From NCBI GenBank assembly GCA_041739025.1, contig JBGSOU010000457.1:1-50841 (forward strand): a stretch of 50,841 bases of DNA. The letters run 5' to 3'. The translations under genes and the position numbers were made by a program. The notes beneath the pieces are model-generated. The model had not been told where the DNA came from, made no database searches, and saw nothing but the letters and a program-made list of their open reading frames with translations. The stretch comes from Hyphomonas sp. GTDB taxonomy: Bacteria; Pseudomonadota; Alphaproteobacteria; Caulobacterales; Hyphomonadaceae. Shown here in pieces: positions 42,561 through 50,841 of the stretch (its first letter is position 1; each line of letters begins with the position of its first letter).

Positions 42561-43990
42561 CGCATCAGCCCCGACGCGGCAAAGCTCGCCCAGCCGCCTG
42601 TTCCGAGCTCGCTGATGAAGACCATGAACACGAGGCCTGCGACGATCGCGCTGAGCACGACCGTTCCCATGACCGAAACGTCGACATTTTCGAAGCGCTC
42701 GGTCGGCTCGTCAAACCACATGATCTTGATCAGCCGGAGGTAATATCCGAGCGAAATGACCGAAGCGATCACGACGAGGATGGCCAATGGCATCAGACCG
42801 GCATCGAGACCGGCGCTGAGGACTTCGAACTTGCCGAAGAACCCGCCGAACGGCGGCAGGCCCGCGATCGAGAAGATCAAGACCGACATCGTGATCGCCA
42901 GCACCGGCTTGGTGCGCGCGAGGCCTCCGAGTTCCGAAATGCCCTCAACCATGCCGCCGCGGCGGCGCATGGCGAGCACGCCTGCAAACAGGCCCAGCGA
43001 GGTGACGGCGTAAATGGTCGAGAAAGTCAGCAGCGCTGCGGCGCCGGCCTCCTGCCCTGCCGCCACGGCGACGAGCGCGTAGCCTACGTTCGCAATCGAA
43101 GAGTATCCGAGCAGGCGCTTGATGTTGGTCTGGACGAGCGCCCCGAGCGAACCGATGATCATCGACAGGCCGGCGATGATCGCCACGATCAGTTGCCATT
43201 GGTCCATCGCGGCACCGAAGACCGTGAACAGCACGTTCGCAAAGACCACCGTCGATGCCATCTTCGGCGCGGATGCGAAGAAGGCAACGACCGATGTCGG
43301 CGCGCCCTCATAGACATCCGGCGTCCAGACGTGCATCGGCGCAGCCGAAATCTTGAAGGCCAGTCCCACGATCATCAGCACCATGCCGAACATTGTTCCG
43401 GTCGACATGCCGGACGCCGCGATCCCGGCAAACGAGGTTGTGCCGCTGAAGCCGTAAACCAGCGAAGCGCCGTAGAGCAGCATGCCGGACGCCAATGCGC
43501 CGAGCACGAAGTACTTCAGGCCCGCTTCCGACGAGCGCGCGGAGTCGCGATGGAAAGCCGCGAGCACATAGGATGACAGGCTGAGCGTTTCGATACCCAT
43601 GTAAAGCGTCATCAGGTCCGCCGCCGACAGGATGATGCCCATGCCGAGGCTCGCGAAGATCGTCAGCAACGCATACTCGTAGCGGATCGTCTCATGCCGT
43701 TTCAGGAAACCTTCCGACATGAACAGCGCGATGCCGGCCAGCACGAAGCTGATCACCTTTGCGAAGTTCACGAACGCATTGGTTCGCACGAGGCCTCCAA
43801 ATGCTTCGCCGCCGCCCAGATGCATCGCCGCAAGTGCGGCCGCGCCAAACAAGGTCAGCGCACCGAACTTGAAGGACAGTGAGTTGAAACGCTCGCCGAA
43901 AACAGCGCCGAGCAGCACACCGGCCAAGCCCGCCAGAGCCAGCCACAACTCAGGCGCAACCGTCATCACGATCGAGGTGAAATCCAGCAT
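42557..43990 (-). CDS. nuoN: NADH-quinone oxidoreductase subunit N
   Basis: [38 protein letters not shown] and AGLPP. Confidence 0.97.
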   Translation of the reverse strand: MLDFTSIVMTVAPELWLALAGLAGVLLGAVFGERFNSLSFKFGALTLFGAAALAAMHLGGGEAFGGLVRTNAFVNFAKVISFVLAGIALFMSEGFLKRHETIRYEYALLTIFASLGMGIILSAADLMTLYMGIETLSLSSYVLAAFHRDSARSSEAGLKYFVLGALASGMLLYGASLVYGFSGTTSFAGIAASGMSTGTMFGMVLMIVGLAFKISAAPMHVWTPDVYEGAPTSVVAFFASAPKMASTVVFANVLFTVFGAAMDQWQLIVAIIAGLSMIIGSLGALVQTNIKRLLGYSSIANVGYALVAVAAGQEAGAAALLTFSTIYAVTSLGLFAGVLAMRRRGGMVEGISELGGLARTKPVLAITMSVLIFSIAGLPPFGGFFGKFEVLSAGLDAGLMPLAILVVIASVISLGYYLRLIKIMWFDEPTERFENVDVSVMGTVVLSAIVAGLVFMVFISELGTGGWASFAASGLMR

Positions 43991-43993
43991 GTT

Positions 43994-45496
43994 CTACTGG
44001 CCCCCGGCCATGAACGACAGGATTCGATTGGTCGAACTGTCGGTTAGATTGAAGATCAGGTTGGGCGCCACGCCGAACAGCAGAGTCAGCGCGGCGAGCG
44101 GCGCAAGGCACACCCACTCGATGAGGTTCATGTCCTTGATGCCCAGGAGCGCCGGATTGGTGATCTCGCCGAACACGGTGCGCCGATAAAGCGTCAGCAT
44201 GTACACCGCCGAGAAGATCACACCGAGCGCAGCGCCGGCGGCTGCCCAGGTGGCGGCCTGGAAGCCGCCGACCATGGTCAGGATTTCCCCGACAAAGCCG
44301 CTCGTGCCGGGCAGGCCGACGTTGGCCATCGTGAACAGCATGAAGAAGGACGCATAGATCGGCATCCGGTTCACGAGACCGCCATAGGAAGCGATCTCGC
44401 GGGTATGCATCCGGTCGTAAACCACGCCCACGATGAGGAACAGCGCGCCCGAAATGATGCCATGGCTGAGCATCTGGAACACGGCGCCCTGCACACCCGT
44501 TTCGTTGAACGAGAAGATGCCGAGCGTCACGAAACCCATGTGCGCAACCGATGAATAGGCGATCAGCTTCTTCATGTCGGTCTGCCGCCAGGCGACCAGC
44601 GACGTGTAGACAATCGCGATCACCGCCAGGGCAAACATCGCCGGCTGGAACAGTTGGCTCGCGTCCGGGAACATCGGCAAGGAGAACCGGAGGAAGCCGT
44701 AGCCGCCCATTTTCAGCAGAACGCCTGCAAGGATCACCGAGCCCGCCGTGGGCGCCTGAACGTGGGCGTCCGGCAACCAGGTATGGACCGGCCACATCGG
44801 CAGCTTGACCGCAAACGACGCCGCAAAGGCCAGCCAGAGCCAGGTCTGGATACCCGGCGCGAAGGCAAACTTCTCGAGAACTTCGATGTCCGCCGAGCCG
44901 GCTGCAATGATCATGTAGACCATGGCGACCAGCATCAGCAGCGAGCCGATCAGCGTGTACAGGAAGAACTTGAACGCCGCATAGACACGGTCCTTGCCGC
45001 CCCAGATGCCCACGATCAGGAACATCGGGATCAGGCCTGCCTCGAAGAAGATGTAGAAGAGCACGAGATCGAGCGACACGAAGACGCCGATCATGAAGGT
45101 TTCAAGCACGAGGAAACAGACCACGTACTCGGTGACGCGCTTCTCGATCGAATTCCAGCTCGCAAGCAGACAGATCGGTGTGAGGAATGTGGTGAGCAGC
45201 ACGAGCGACAGCGACAGTCCGTCCACGCCCAGCTTGAAGCTGATCGGTCCATACCAGGCGTATTGCTCCACAAGCTGATACCCCGCCTGCCCCCGATCAA
45301 ACGACGTGAATGCCGCAACCGATGCCACGAACGTTGCCGCAGAAATGATCACGCCAGCCAAGAGCACGGTCTTGCCGGCTTCGGGGCCGCCATTGCCCCG
45401 TCCGCCGCTCGCCGTCGCCGAGCGCACGAGCATAACAAGCAACGCGCCCACCAGCGGCAGGAACGTCATCACGGTAAGGATCGGAAAGCCGCCCAT
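43994..45496 (-). CDS. nuoM: NADH-quinone oxidoreductase subunit M
   Basis: [39 protein letters not shown] and AYSSVAHMG. Start at ATG 45496. Confidence 0.97.
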   Translation of the reverse strand: MGGFPILTVMTFLPLVGALLVMLVRSATASGGRGNGGPEAGKTVLLAGVIISAATFVASVAAFTSFDRGQAGYQLVEQYAWYGPISFKLGVDGLSLSLVLLTTFLTPICLLASWNSIEKRVTEYVVCFLVLETFMIGVFVSLDLVLFYIFFEAGLIPMFLIVGIWGGKDRVYAAFKFFLYTLIGSLLMLVAMVYMIIAAGSADIEVLEKFAFAPGIQTWLWLAFAASFAVKLPMWPVHTWLPDAHVQAPTAGSVILAGVLLKMGGYGFLRFSLPMFPDASQLFQPAMFALAVIAIVYTSLVAWRQTDMKKLIAYSSVAHMGFVTLGIFSFNETGVQGAVFQMLSHGIISGALFLIVGVVYDRMHTREIASYGGLVNRMPIYASFFMLFTMANVGLPGTSGFVGEILTMVGGFQAATWAAAGAALGVIFSAVYMLTLYRRTVFGEITNPALLGIKDMNLIEWVCLAPLAALTLLFGVAPNLIFNLTDSSTNRILSFMAGGQ

Positions 45497-47655
45497 CAGT
45501 TTGCGCCTCCGGCGCGCAGCCACATAATGGCGCCAAACACGATCGCGGCGCCGATGATCACGAATGCATAGTGATAGAGATAGCCCGAGTGCATGCGCGA
45601 CAGGATCCGGGCGCTGACGCTGGTGACTTTGGCCACGCCGTCCGGACCAATGCCGTCAATCACCTTCTTGTCGGCGCGCCAGAACACGTTGCCGAGCAGG
45701 GCCGCGCCACGAACGAGCGTCGCGTTGTAGATCTCGTCGAAATACCACTTGTTCGAAAACAGCGCATGAAGGGGCCCGCCACTGTCGGCCACGCGCTTTC
45801 CGATGCCGCGGTTGAAGAAGTACGTGAACGTCGCGATCAGGAAGCCGCCGATGGTGACGGCCAGAGGGGCATAGATCACCCATTCCGGCACGTCGTGGCG
45901 TCCATGCAGGACGTGGTTCTCCGCTGAACGATAGATCGCACCGGCCCAGAAGGCTTCGGTCTGGCCGTCAACAAAGGCGTTGTAGAAATAGAGACCTGCG
46001 AACATCGCGCCGAGGCTCAGCAGCGCCAGCGGGATCAGCATCACCGCAGGGCTCTCATGCGGCGTGTGATCATGTCCATGCGCATGATCGTCGTGCGTAT
46101 CATCGGCATGGGCGTGATCTGCGTGGTGATCATCCTGCGCCAGGTGCGGCGCCGGGCCGTGAAACGTCATGTAGATCAGACGCCAGGAATAGAAGCTGGT
46201 GAGGAAAGCGGCCACAAGGCCGAACCAGAAGGCCATTTGCGCAAACGAGACGTTCGCCATCGCGCCTGCGAAGGTGCTTTCAAGGATCGCATCTTTCGAG
46301 AAGAAGCCTGAAAAACCGATCTGCGTGTGCGGCACGCCGAGACCGATGATGGCAATCGTGCCGATCATCATGGCGGCGTAGGTGAGCGGCATGAACTTCG
46401 CGAGGCCGCCCATTTTCCGCATATCCTGTTCGTGGTGCATCCCGTGGATCACCGAACCGGCGCCAAGGAACAGGAGCGCCTTGAAGAAGGCGTGCGTGAA
46501 GAGGTGGAACATCGCCGCCTCATAGGCACCGATACCTGCTGCAAAGAACATGTAACCGAGTTGCGAACAGGTCGAATAGGCGATGACGCGCTTGATGTCG
46601 TTCTGGGCCATGCCGACCGTCGCGGCGTAGAGCGCCGTGACGGCGCCCACCAGCGCAATCATGCCGGACGCGTAGAACGTGTACTCGTAGATCGGCGAAA
46701 GGAGGCAAACGAGATAAACGCCGGCCGTCACCATCGTGGCGGCGTGGATCAGCGCCGAAACCGGCGTCGGGCCTTCCATGGCGTCCGGCAGCCAGACGTG
46801 CAGGAAGAACTGCGCTGACTTGCCCATCGCGCCGATGAACAGGAGGATGCCGATCAGCTCGAGCGCATACACGCGCTCCCCGAAGAACACGATCACGGAT
46901 TCGCGGGCCGGCAGGGCCTCCGCAAAGGCCATCGGCGTCACAATGGCGTTCGTCCGGATCGCATCCAGCACGGGTCCGAACTCGACCGACCGAAACACGA
47001 AGAACACGGCCATGATGCCAAGGGCGAGGCCGAAGTCCCCGACCCGGTTGACCACGAAGGCCTTGATCGAGGCGTCGTTCGGCGCCTTCTTGGTGTACCA
47101 GAAACCGATGAGCAGGTACGAGGCGAGCCCCACCCCTTCCCAGCCGAAGAACAGCTGGATGAAGTTGTCCGCCACCACGAGCATCAACATCATGAAGGTG
47201 AACAGCGACAGGTACGCAAAGAAGCGCGCCTTGTGCGGATCTTCGCTCATGTAGCCCCAGGAATAGAGGTGCACGAGGCCTGAGACGCCTGTGATCACCG
47301 CCATCATGACGATCGACAGCGTATCGACGCGGATCGCCCAGTTGGCGTGGAAATCGCCAACATGGATCCACGGCATCAGCGTGATGATGTGCTGTTTCAG
47401 TTCCACCGCAGCCGCTTCGGCGCCCGCCGTCAGATAGGCATCGTAGCCCGACGCATGGTGGACCGCTTCGGCCGCGGTGCCGAGACCGGCGACATAGGCA
47501 AACAACTGATAGAGCGACAGGGCACCGGCCGACATCACCACAGCCGTGGTCACAAGCATGACGGCGCGGTCGCCGATCCACTTGTGAAACAGACCCGTCA
47601 GCGCCGCGAGCCCGGGCGCCAGAACGATATAGATCAGGAGGCTATCCGGAAGCAT
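45496..47655 (-). CDS. nuoL: NADH-quinone oxidoreductase subunit L
   Basis: [50 protein letters not shown] and KWYFDE. Confidence 0.97.
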   Translation of the reverse strand: MLPDSLLIYIVLAPGLAALTGLFHKWIGDRAVMLVTTAVVMSAGALSLYQLFAYVAGLGTAAEAVHHASGYDAYLTAGAEAAAVELKQHIITLMPWIHVGDFHANWAIRVDTLSIVMMAVITGVSGLVHLYSWGYMSEDPHKARFFAYLSLFTFMMLMLVVADNFIQLFFGWEGVGLASYLLIGFWYTKKAPNDASIKAFVVNRVGDFGLALGIMAVFFVFRSVEFGPVLDAIRTNAIVTPMAFAEALPARESVIVFFGERVYALELIGILLFIGAMGKSAQFFLHVWLPDAMEGPTPVSALIHAATMVTAGVYLVCLLSPIYEYTFYASGMIALVGAVTALYAATVGMAQNDIKRVIAYSTCSQLGYMFFAAGIGAYEAAMFHLFTHAFFKALLFLGAGSVIHGMHHEQDMRKMGGLAKFMPLTYAAMMIGTIAIIGLGVPHTQIGFSGFFSKDAILESTFAGAMANVSFAQMAFWFGLVAAFLTSFYSWRLIYMTFHGPAPHLAQDDHHADHAHADDTHDDHAHGHDHTPHESPAVMLIPLALLSLGAMFAGLYFYNAFVDGQTEAFWAGAIYRSAENHVLHGRHDVPEWVIYAPLAVTIGGFLIATFTYFFNRGIGKRVADSGGPLHALFSNKWYFDEIYNATLVRGAALLGNVFWRADKKVIDGIGPDGVAKVTSVSARILSRMHSGYLYHYAFVIIGAAIVFGAIMWLRAGGAN

Positions 47656-47662
47656 GCTGGGG

Positions 47663-47971
47663 TCAGCCTTTCATTAGGTCGACATTCTCAACCGAGATGT
47701 CGCGGCGGTTCCGGAAATAGACGACGAGGATGGCCAGGCCGACGGCGGCTTCGGCCGCCGCAACGGTCAGCACGAGCATCGCAAAGATCTGGCCCTGGAT
47801 CGTTCCGGTGAAGACCGAGAAGGCGACAAGGTTGAGATTTACCGAAAGCAGGATCAGCTCGAGCGCCATCAGGATGACGATGACGTTCTTGCGGTTCACG
47901 AAGATGCCGACCACGCCAATCGTGAACAGAGCTGCGGAAACGATCAGAAAATGAAGAATGCCGAGTTCCAT
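47663..47971 (-). CDS. nuoK: NADH-quinone oxidoreductase subunit K
   Basis: NRKN, ELIL and [12 protein letters not shown]. Confidence 0.96.
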   Translation of the reverse strand: MELGILHFLIVSAALFTIGVVGIFVNRKNVIVILMALELILLSVNLNLVAFSVFTGTIQGQIFAMLVLTVAAAEAAVGLAILVVYFRNRRDISVENVDLMKG

Positions 47972-47975
47972 CGCT

Positions 47976-48569
47976 TCAAATCCCCTGACCCGGTGTCGGG
48001 TCCTTCAGTTCGATCGCGTCCCCGCGGCGGCGGCTGGTCTGTTTGCCGACATCCTGACGTTTGACATGCGGCCGGTGGCGCAGCGTCAACACGATGGCGC
48101 CAATCATGGCGACCAGCAGGATCACGCCGGCGAGCTGGAACAACAGCAGATACTGCGTGTACATCACGGCACCGATGGCTTCTGCGTTGGTGGCAGCGCC
48201 CGGCGACGGATTGAAGGTATCGAAGGTGAGCTGGTCGCTGGCGGCCCAGACGAGCGCAAGTTCGCCGAGGAAGATCAGCCCCACAAGCAGCGCGAAAGGC
48301 CAGTAGCGCAGCGTGCCCTGCTTCAGTTCCACGAAGTCGACGTCGAGCATCATCACGACGAACAGGAACAGCACCGCAACCGCGCCGACGTAGACCACGA
48401 TCAGCAGCATTGCGAGGAATTCAGCGCCGATCAGAACCAGCAGGCCCGCCGACGAAAAGAATGCGAGGATGAGCCAGAGCACCGAGTGCACCGGGTTGCG
48501 CGCGACAATGACGAACATTGCCGACAGGATCACGATTGCCGCGATCAATCCAAATGCGATCAGTGCCAC
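47976..48569 (-). CDS. nuoJ: NADH-quinone oxidoreductase subunit J
   Basis: [14 protein letters not shown] and [17 protein letters not shown]. Confidence 0.96.
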   Translation of the reverse strand: MALIAFGLIAAIVILSAMFVIVARNPVHSVLWLILAFFSSAGLLVLIGAEFLAMLLIVVYVGAVAVLFLFVVMMLDVDFVELKQGTLRYWPFALLVGLIFLGELALVWAASDQLTFDTFNPSPGAATNAEAIGAVMYTQYLLLFQLAGVILLVAMIGAIVLTLRHRPHVKRQDVGKQTSRRRGDAIELKDPTPGQGI

Positions 48570-48640
48570 TGCCTTCTCGCCCCTTCATTGTTCCGGAGGC
48601 GCCCCTCGCCGGCCGGCATGCGTTACTGCTTCGGTGCGCC

Positions 48641-49126
48641 CTAGCGATAGGGTGCATCCAGCTCAAGATTCTTGGCAATCAGCCGCTCCCAGCGGTCCCC
48701 GTTCGCGAGCAGGCGTTCCTTGTCGTAGAACAGCTCTTCACGGGTTTCCGTTGCGAATTCAAAGTTCGGCCCCTCCACGATCGCGTCCACCGGACACGCC
48801 TCCTGGCAAAAACCGCAATAGATGCATTTCACCATGTCAATATCGTAGCGCGTTGTGCGGCGCGCGCCGTCTTCACGCGGTTCAGCCTCGATGGTGATGG
48901 CCTGCGCCGGGCAAACGGCTTCGCACAGTTTGCACGCGATGCAGCGCTCTTCGCCGCTCGGATAGCGGCGCAGCGCGTGCTCACCACGGAACCGCGGCGA
49001 CAGGGGATTTTTCTCGAACGGATAGTTCACGGTGGCCTTGCGGCGGAACATTTCCCGCAAGGCTGTCCAGAAGGCGCCGAGGAAATCGGTCAGAAGGGCG
49101 CCGCGGAGCGTCTGCGCGAGGCTCAT
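48641..49126 (-). CDS. nuoI: NADH-quinone oxidoreductase subunit I
   Basis: Two 4Fe-4S motifs, [12 protein letters not shown] and [15 protein letters not shown] 49126 overlaps the nuoH stop. Confidence 0.97.
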   Translation of the reverse strand: MSLAQTLRGALLTDFLGAFWTALREMFRRKATVNYPFEKNPLSPRFRGEHALRRYPSGEERCIACKLCEAVCPAQAITIEAEPREDGARRTTRYDIDMVKCIYCGFCQEACPVDAIVEGPNFEFATETREELFYDKERLLANGDRWERLIAKNLELDAPYR

Positions 49127-50217
49127 GACTGAACTCCGAAATAGGTGACGTAGCCGGCAACCACCAGAACAGCCGCCAGCGATGTCGGAAGGAAGATTTT
49201 CCAGCCGAGGCGCATCAGCTGATCGTACCGGTAACGCGGTACAATCGCCTTCACCATCGCAAACAGGAAGAAAAGGAACAGGATCTTGAACATGAACCAA
49301 AACAGGCCGGCCAGGCTGAGCAGCAAGGGCGGCAGGTTCGCAGTGGCATCGGCGCCGAGCGCGATCGGCCCATGCCAGCCGCCAAGGAACAGGATCGTCA
49401 TCATCGCACACATCAGGACGATGTTCAGATACTCGCCGAGCATGAAGAGAAGATACGGCGTCGAGCCATACTCGACCTGATAGCCGGCCACGAGTTCCGA
49501 CTCCGCTTCCGGCAGGTCAAACGGCGGACGGTTGGTCTCCGCCAGCGCCGAAATGAAGAAGATCACGAACATCGGCAGCATGACGATGATCAGCGGAAAA
49601 TTCTGGAAGCTGAAGGCGTGCCAGTTCTGGATGCCGCCATCCTGGTTGCCGACGATTTCGCTGAGGTTCATCGACCCGACCATCAGGACAACCGTGACGA
49701 TCACGAAGCCGATCGACACCTCATAGGACACCATCTGCGCCGCAGAGCGCAATGCGCCGAGGAACGGGTATTTCGAGTTCGAGGCCCAGCCACCCATGAT
49801 GATGCCATAGACACCCAGAGAGCTGATCGCGAAGAGATACAGGATGCCGACATTCAGGTTGGAGATGACCCAGGTCGTGCCGGATTCCGTGCCGGGTGCG
49901 ACCGGGATCGCTGCCCAGGCCGTGAAGGCAAGCGTACAGGTCAGGATCGGCGCAAAGATGAACACGAACTTGTTCGCACCAGCCGGGATCACGATTTCCT
50001 TGAGCAGGAACTTGCCGAAGTCCGCGAAGGACTGAAGCAGACCGAACGGGCCCACCACGTTCGGCCCCTTGCGCATCATCACCCCTGCCCAGATCTTGCG
50101 ATCCAGCAACAGCAGGAATGCAATCGACAACAGAAGCACGAGGGTAAACAGACCGATCTGGCCAAGCACCAGAAGCGGGCCCCAAAGGCTCCCCAGAGAC
50201 TCGATGGCATTACTCAT
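49123..50217 (-). CDS. nuoH: NADH-quinone oxidoreductase subunit H
   Basis: [40 protein letters not shown] and PRYRYDQLM. Confidence 0.97.
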   Translation of the reverse strand: MSNAIESLGSLWGPLLVLGQIGLFTLVLLLSIAFLLLLDRKIWAGVMMRKGPNVVGPFGLLQSFADFGKFLLKEIVIPAGANKFVFIFAPILTCTLAFTAWAAIPVAPGTESGTTWVISNLNVGILYLFAISSLGVYGIIMGGWASNSKYPFLGALRSAAQMVSYEVSIGFVIVTVVLMVGSMNLSEIVGNQDGGIQNWHAFSFQNFPLIIVMLPMFVIFFISALAETNRPPFDLPEAESELVAGYQVEYGSTPYLLFMLGEYLNIVLMCAMMTILFLGGWHGPIALGADATANLPPLLLSLAGLFWFMFKILFLFFLFAMVKAIVPRYRYDQLMRLGWKIFLPTSLAAVLVVAGYVTYFGVQS

Positions 50218-50226
50218 GGCGCCGCC

Positions 50227-50841
50227 CTACTCCGCTGCCATCGCGGTGTCTAGGCTGGTCGCCAGCGCTGAACACTCGGCCATTGTGCGCGACGCGCGGG
50301 CGATGGGATTGGTCAGATAGAAGTCCGAAACCGTGCGCGTGAACGGAGCGCTGCCGAGACCGCCGGCCGAAGGCGCTGAACCCTCCAAAAGCGCCGCAAC
50401 GCCCTTCACGCCCGGCGCATAGCCCCGGCCCGAAAACGGGGTGTTTTCCCCGGCTTTTCCGCGCAGGACCGCACGCAGGTCGTCTGCCGTGTCATAAGGA
50501 AGCGGCTTGCCGGCGAGGGCCGACAGCGCCCGGAAAATCGCCCAACCCTCGCGGGCCTCGCCCTTCGGCTGAACGGCGCGGGTCGTCATCTGGACGCGGC
50601 CCTCGGTGTTCACGTAAGTCGCGCGGATTTCGGAATAGGCCGCGCAAGGCAGCACGATGTCGGCGCGCGAGGCACCGGCATCGCCGTGGGAACCGACATA
50701 GACCACTTTCGCCGGCCCAAGCGCCGAAAGGTCCACTTCGTCTGCCCCGAGCAGAACCACTGTGCTCAGACCGCCGCCAAGAATTTCACCTGTTGCCTTG
50801 CCGCCCTCGGCCGGCACGAACCCGGCATCCAGTGCGCCGAC
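50227..50841 (-). CDS. nuoG: NADH-quinone oxidoreductase subunit G, C-terminal part (runs off the window)
   Basis: Frame is open to the window end (VGALDAGF...). Motifs GSHGD, TYVNTEGR and DFYLTNPIARAS-x-TMAEC. Confidence 0.95.
   Translation of the reverse strand, partial: VGALDAGFVPAEGGKATGEILGGGLSTVVLLGADEVDLSALGPAKVVYVGSHGDAGASRADIVLPCAAYSEIRATYVNTEGRVQMTTRAVQPKGEAREGWAIFRALSALAGKPLPYDTADDLRAVLRGKAGENTPFSGRGYAPGVKGVAALLEGSAPSAGGLGSAPFTRTVSDFYLTNPIARASRTMAECSALATSLDTAMAAE

Overview
GC-rich alphaproteobacterial chromosome segment. Gene order and protein style suggest Hyphomonas/Hyphomonadaceae (Caulobacterales-like), which is an inference. It is almost entirely core housekeeping genes. In order: (+) photolyase (5'-truncated), FAD oxidoreductase, DUF1365 and a cfa-like methyltransferase, i.e. 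a singlet-oxygen/furan-fatty-acid-type cluster; (-) pyrG, secG, tpiA; (+) ppiD-trpE-trpG-trpD-trpC, then lexA with an SOS box; a probable internally deleted comEC remnant; (+) gltX-gltA. A 33-kb run entirely on the minus strand follows, in transcription order: nuoG(partial)HIJKLMN-birA-coaX-rnj-mce-DUF1467-proS-lolC/E-lolD-dnaE-rpsB-tsf-pyrH-frr-uppS-cdsA-dxr-rseP-bamA-skp-lpxD-lpxA-lpxI-lpxB. I see no rRNA, tRNA, CRISPR array, IS, prophage or defence island, and I cannot support a wholly new biological system. The best second-look items are the comEC remnant, the compact photolyase plus furan-fatty-acid-like operon, a cluster of GANTC/GcrA-type sites in an inverted repeat upstream of dnaE, a pseudoknot-capable rpsB leader abutting the SD, and missing fabZ and moaC/moeA at their usual positions. 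All calls come from motif recognition and gene order; no database search was run.
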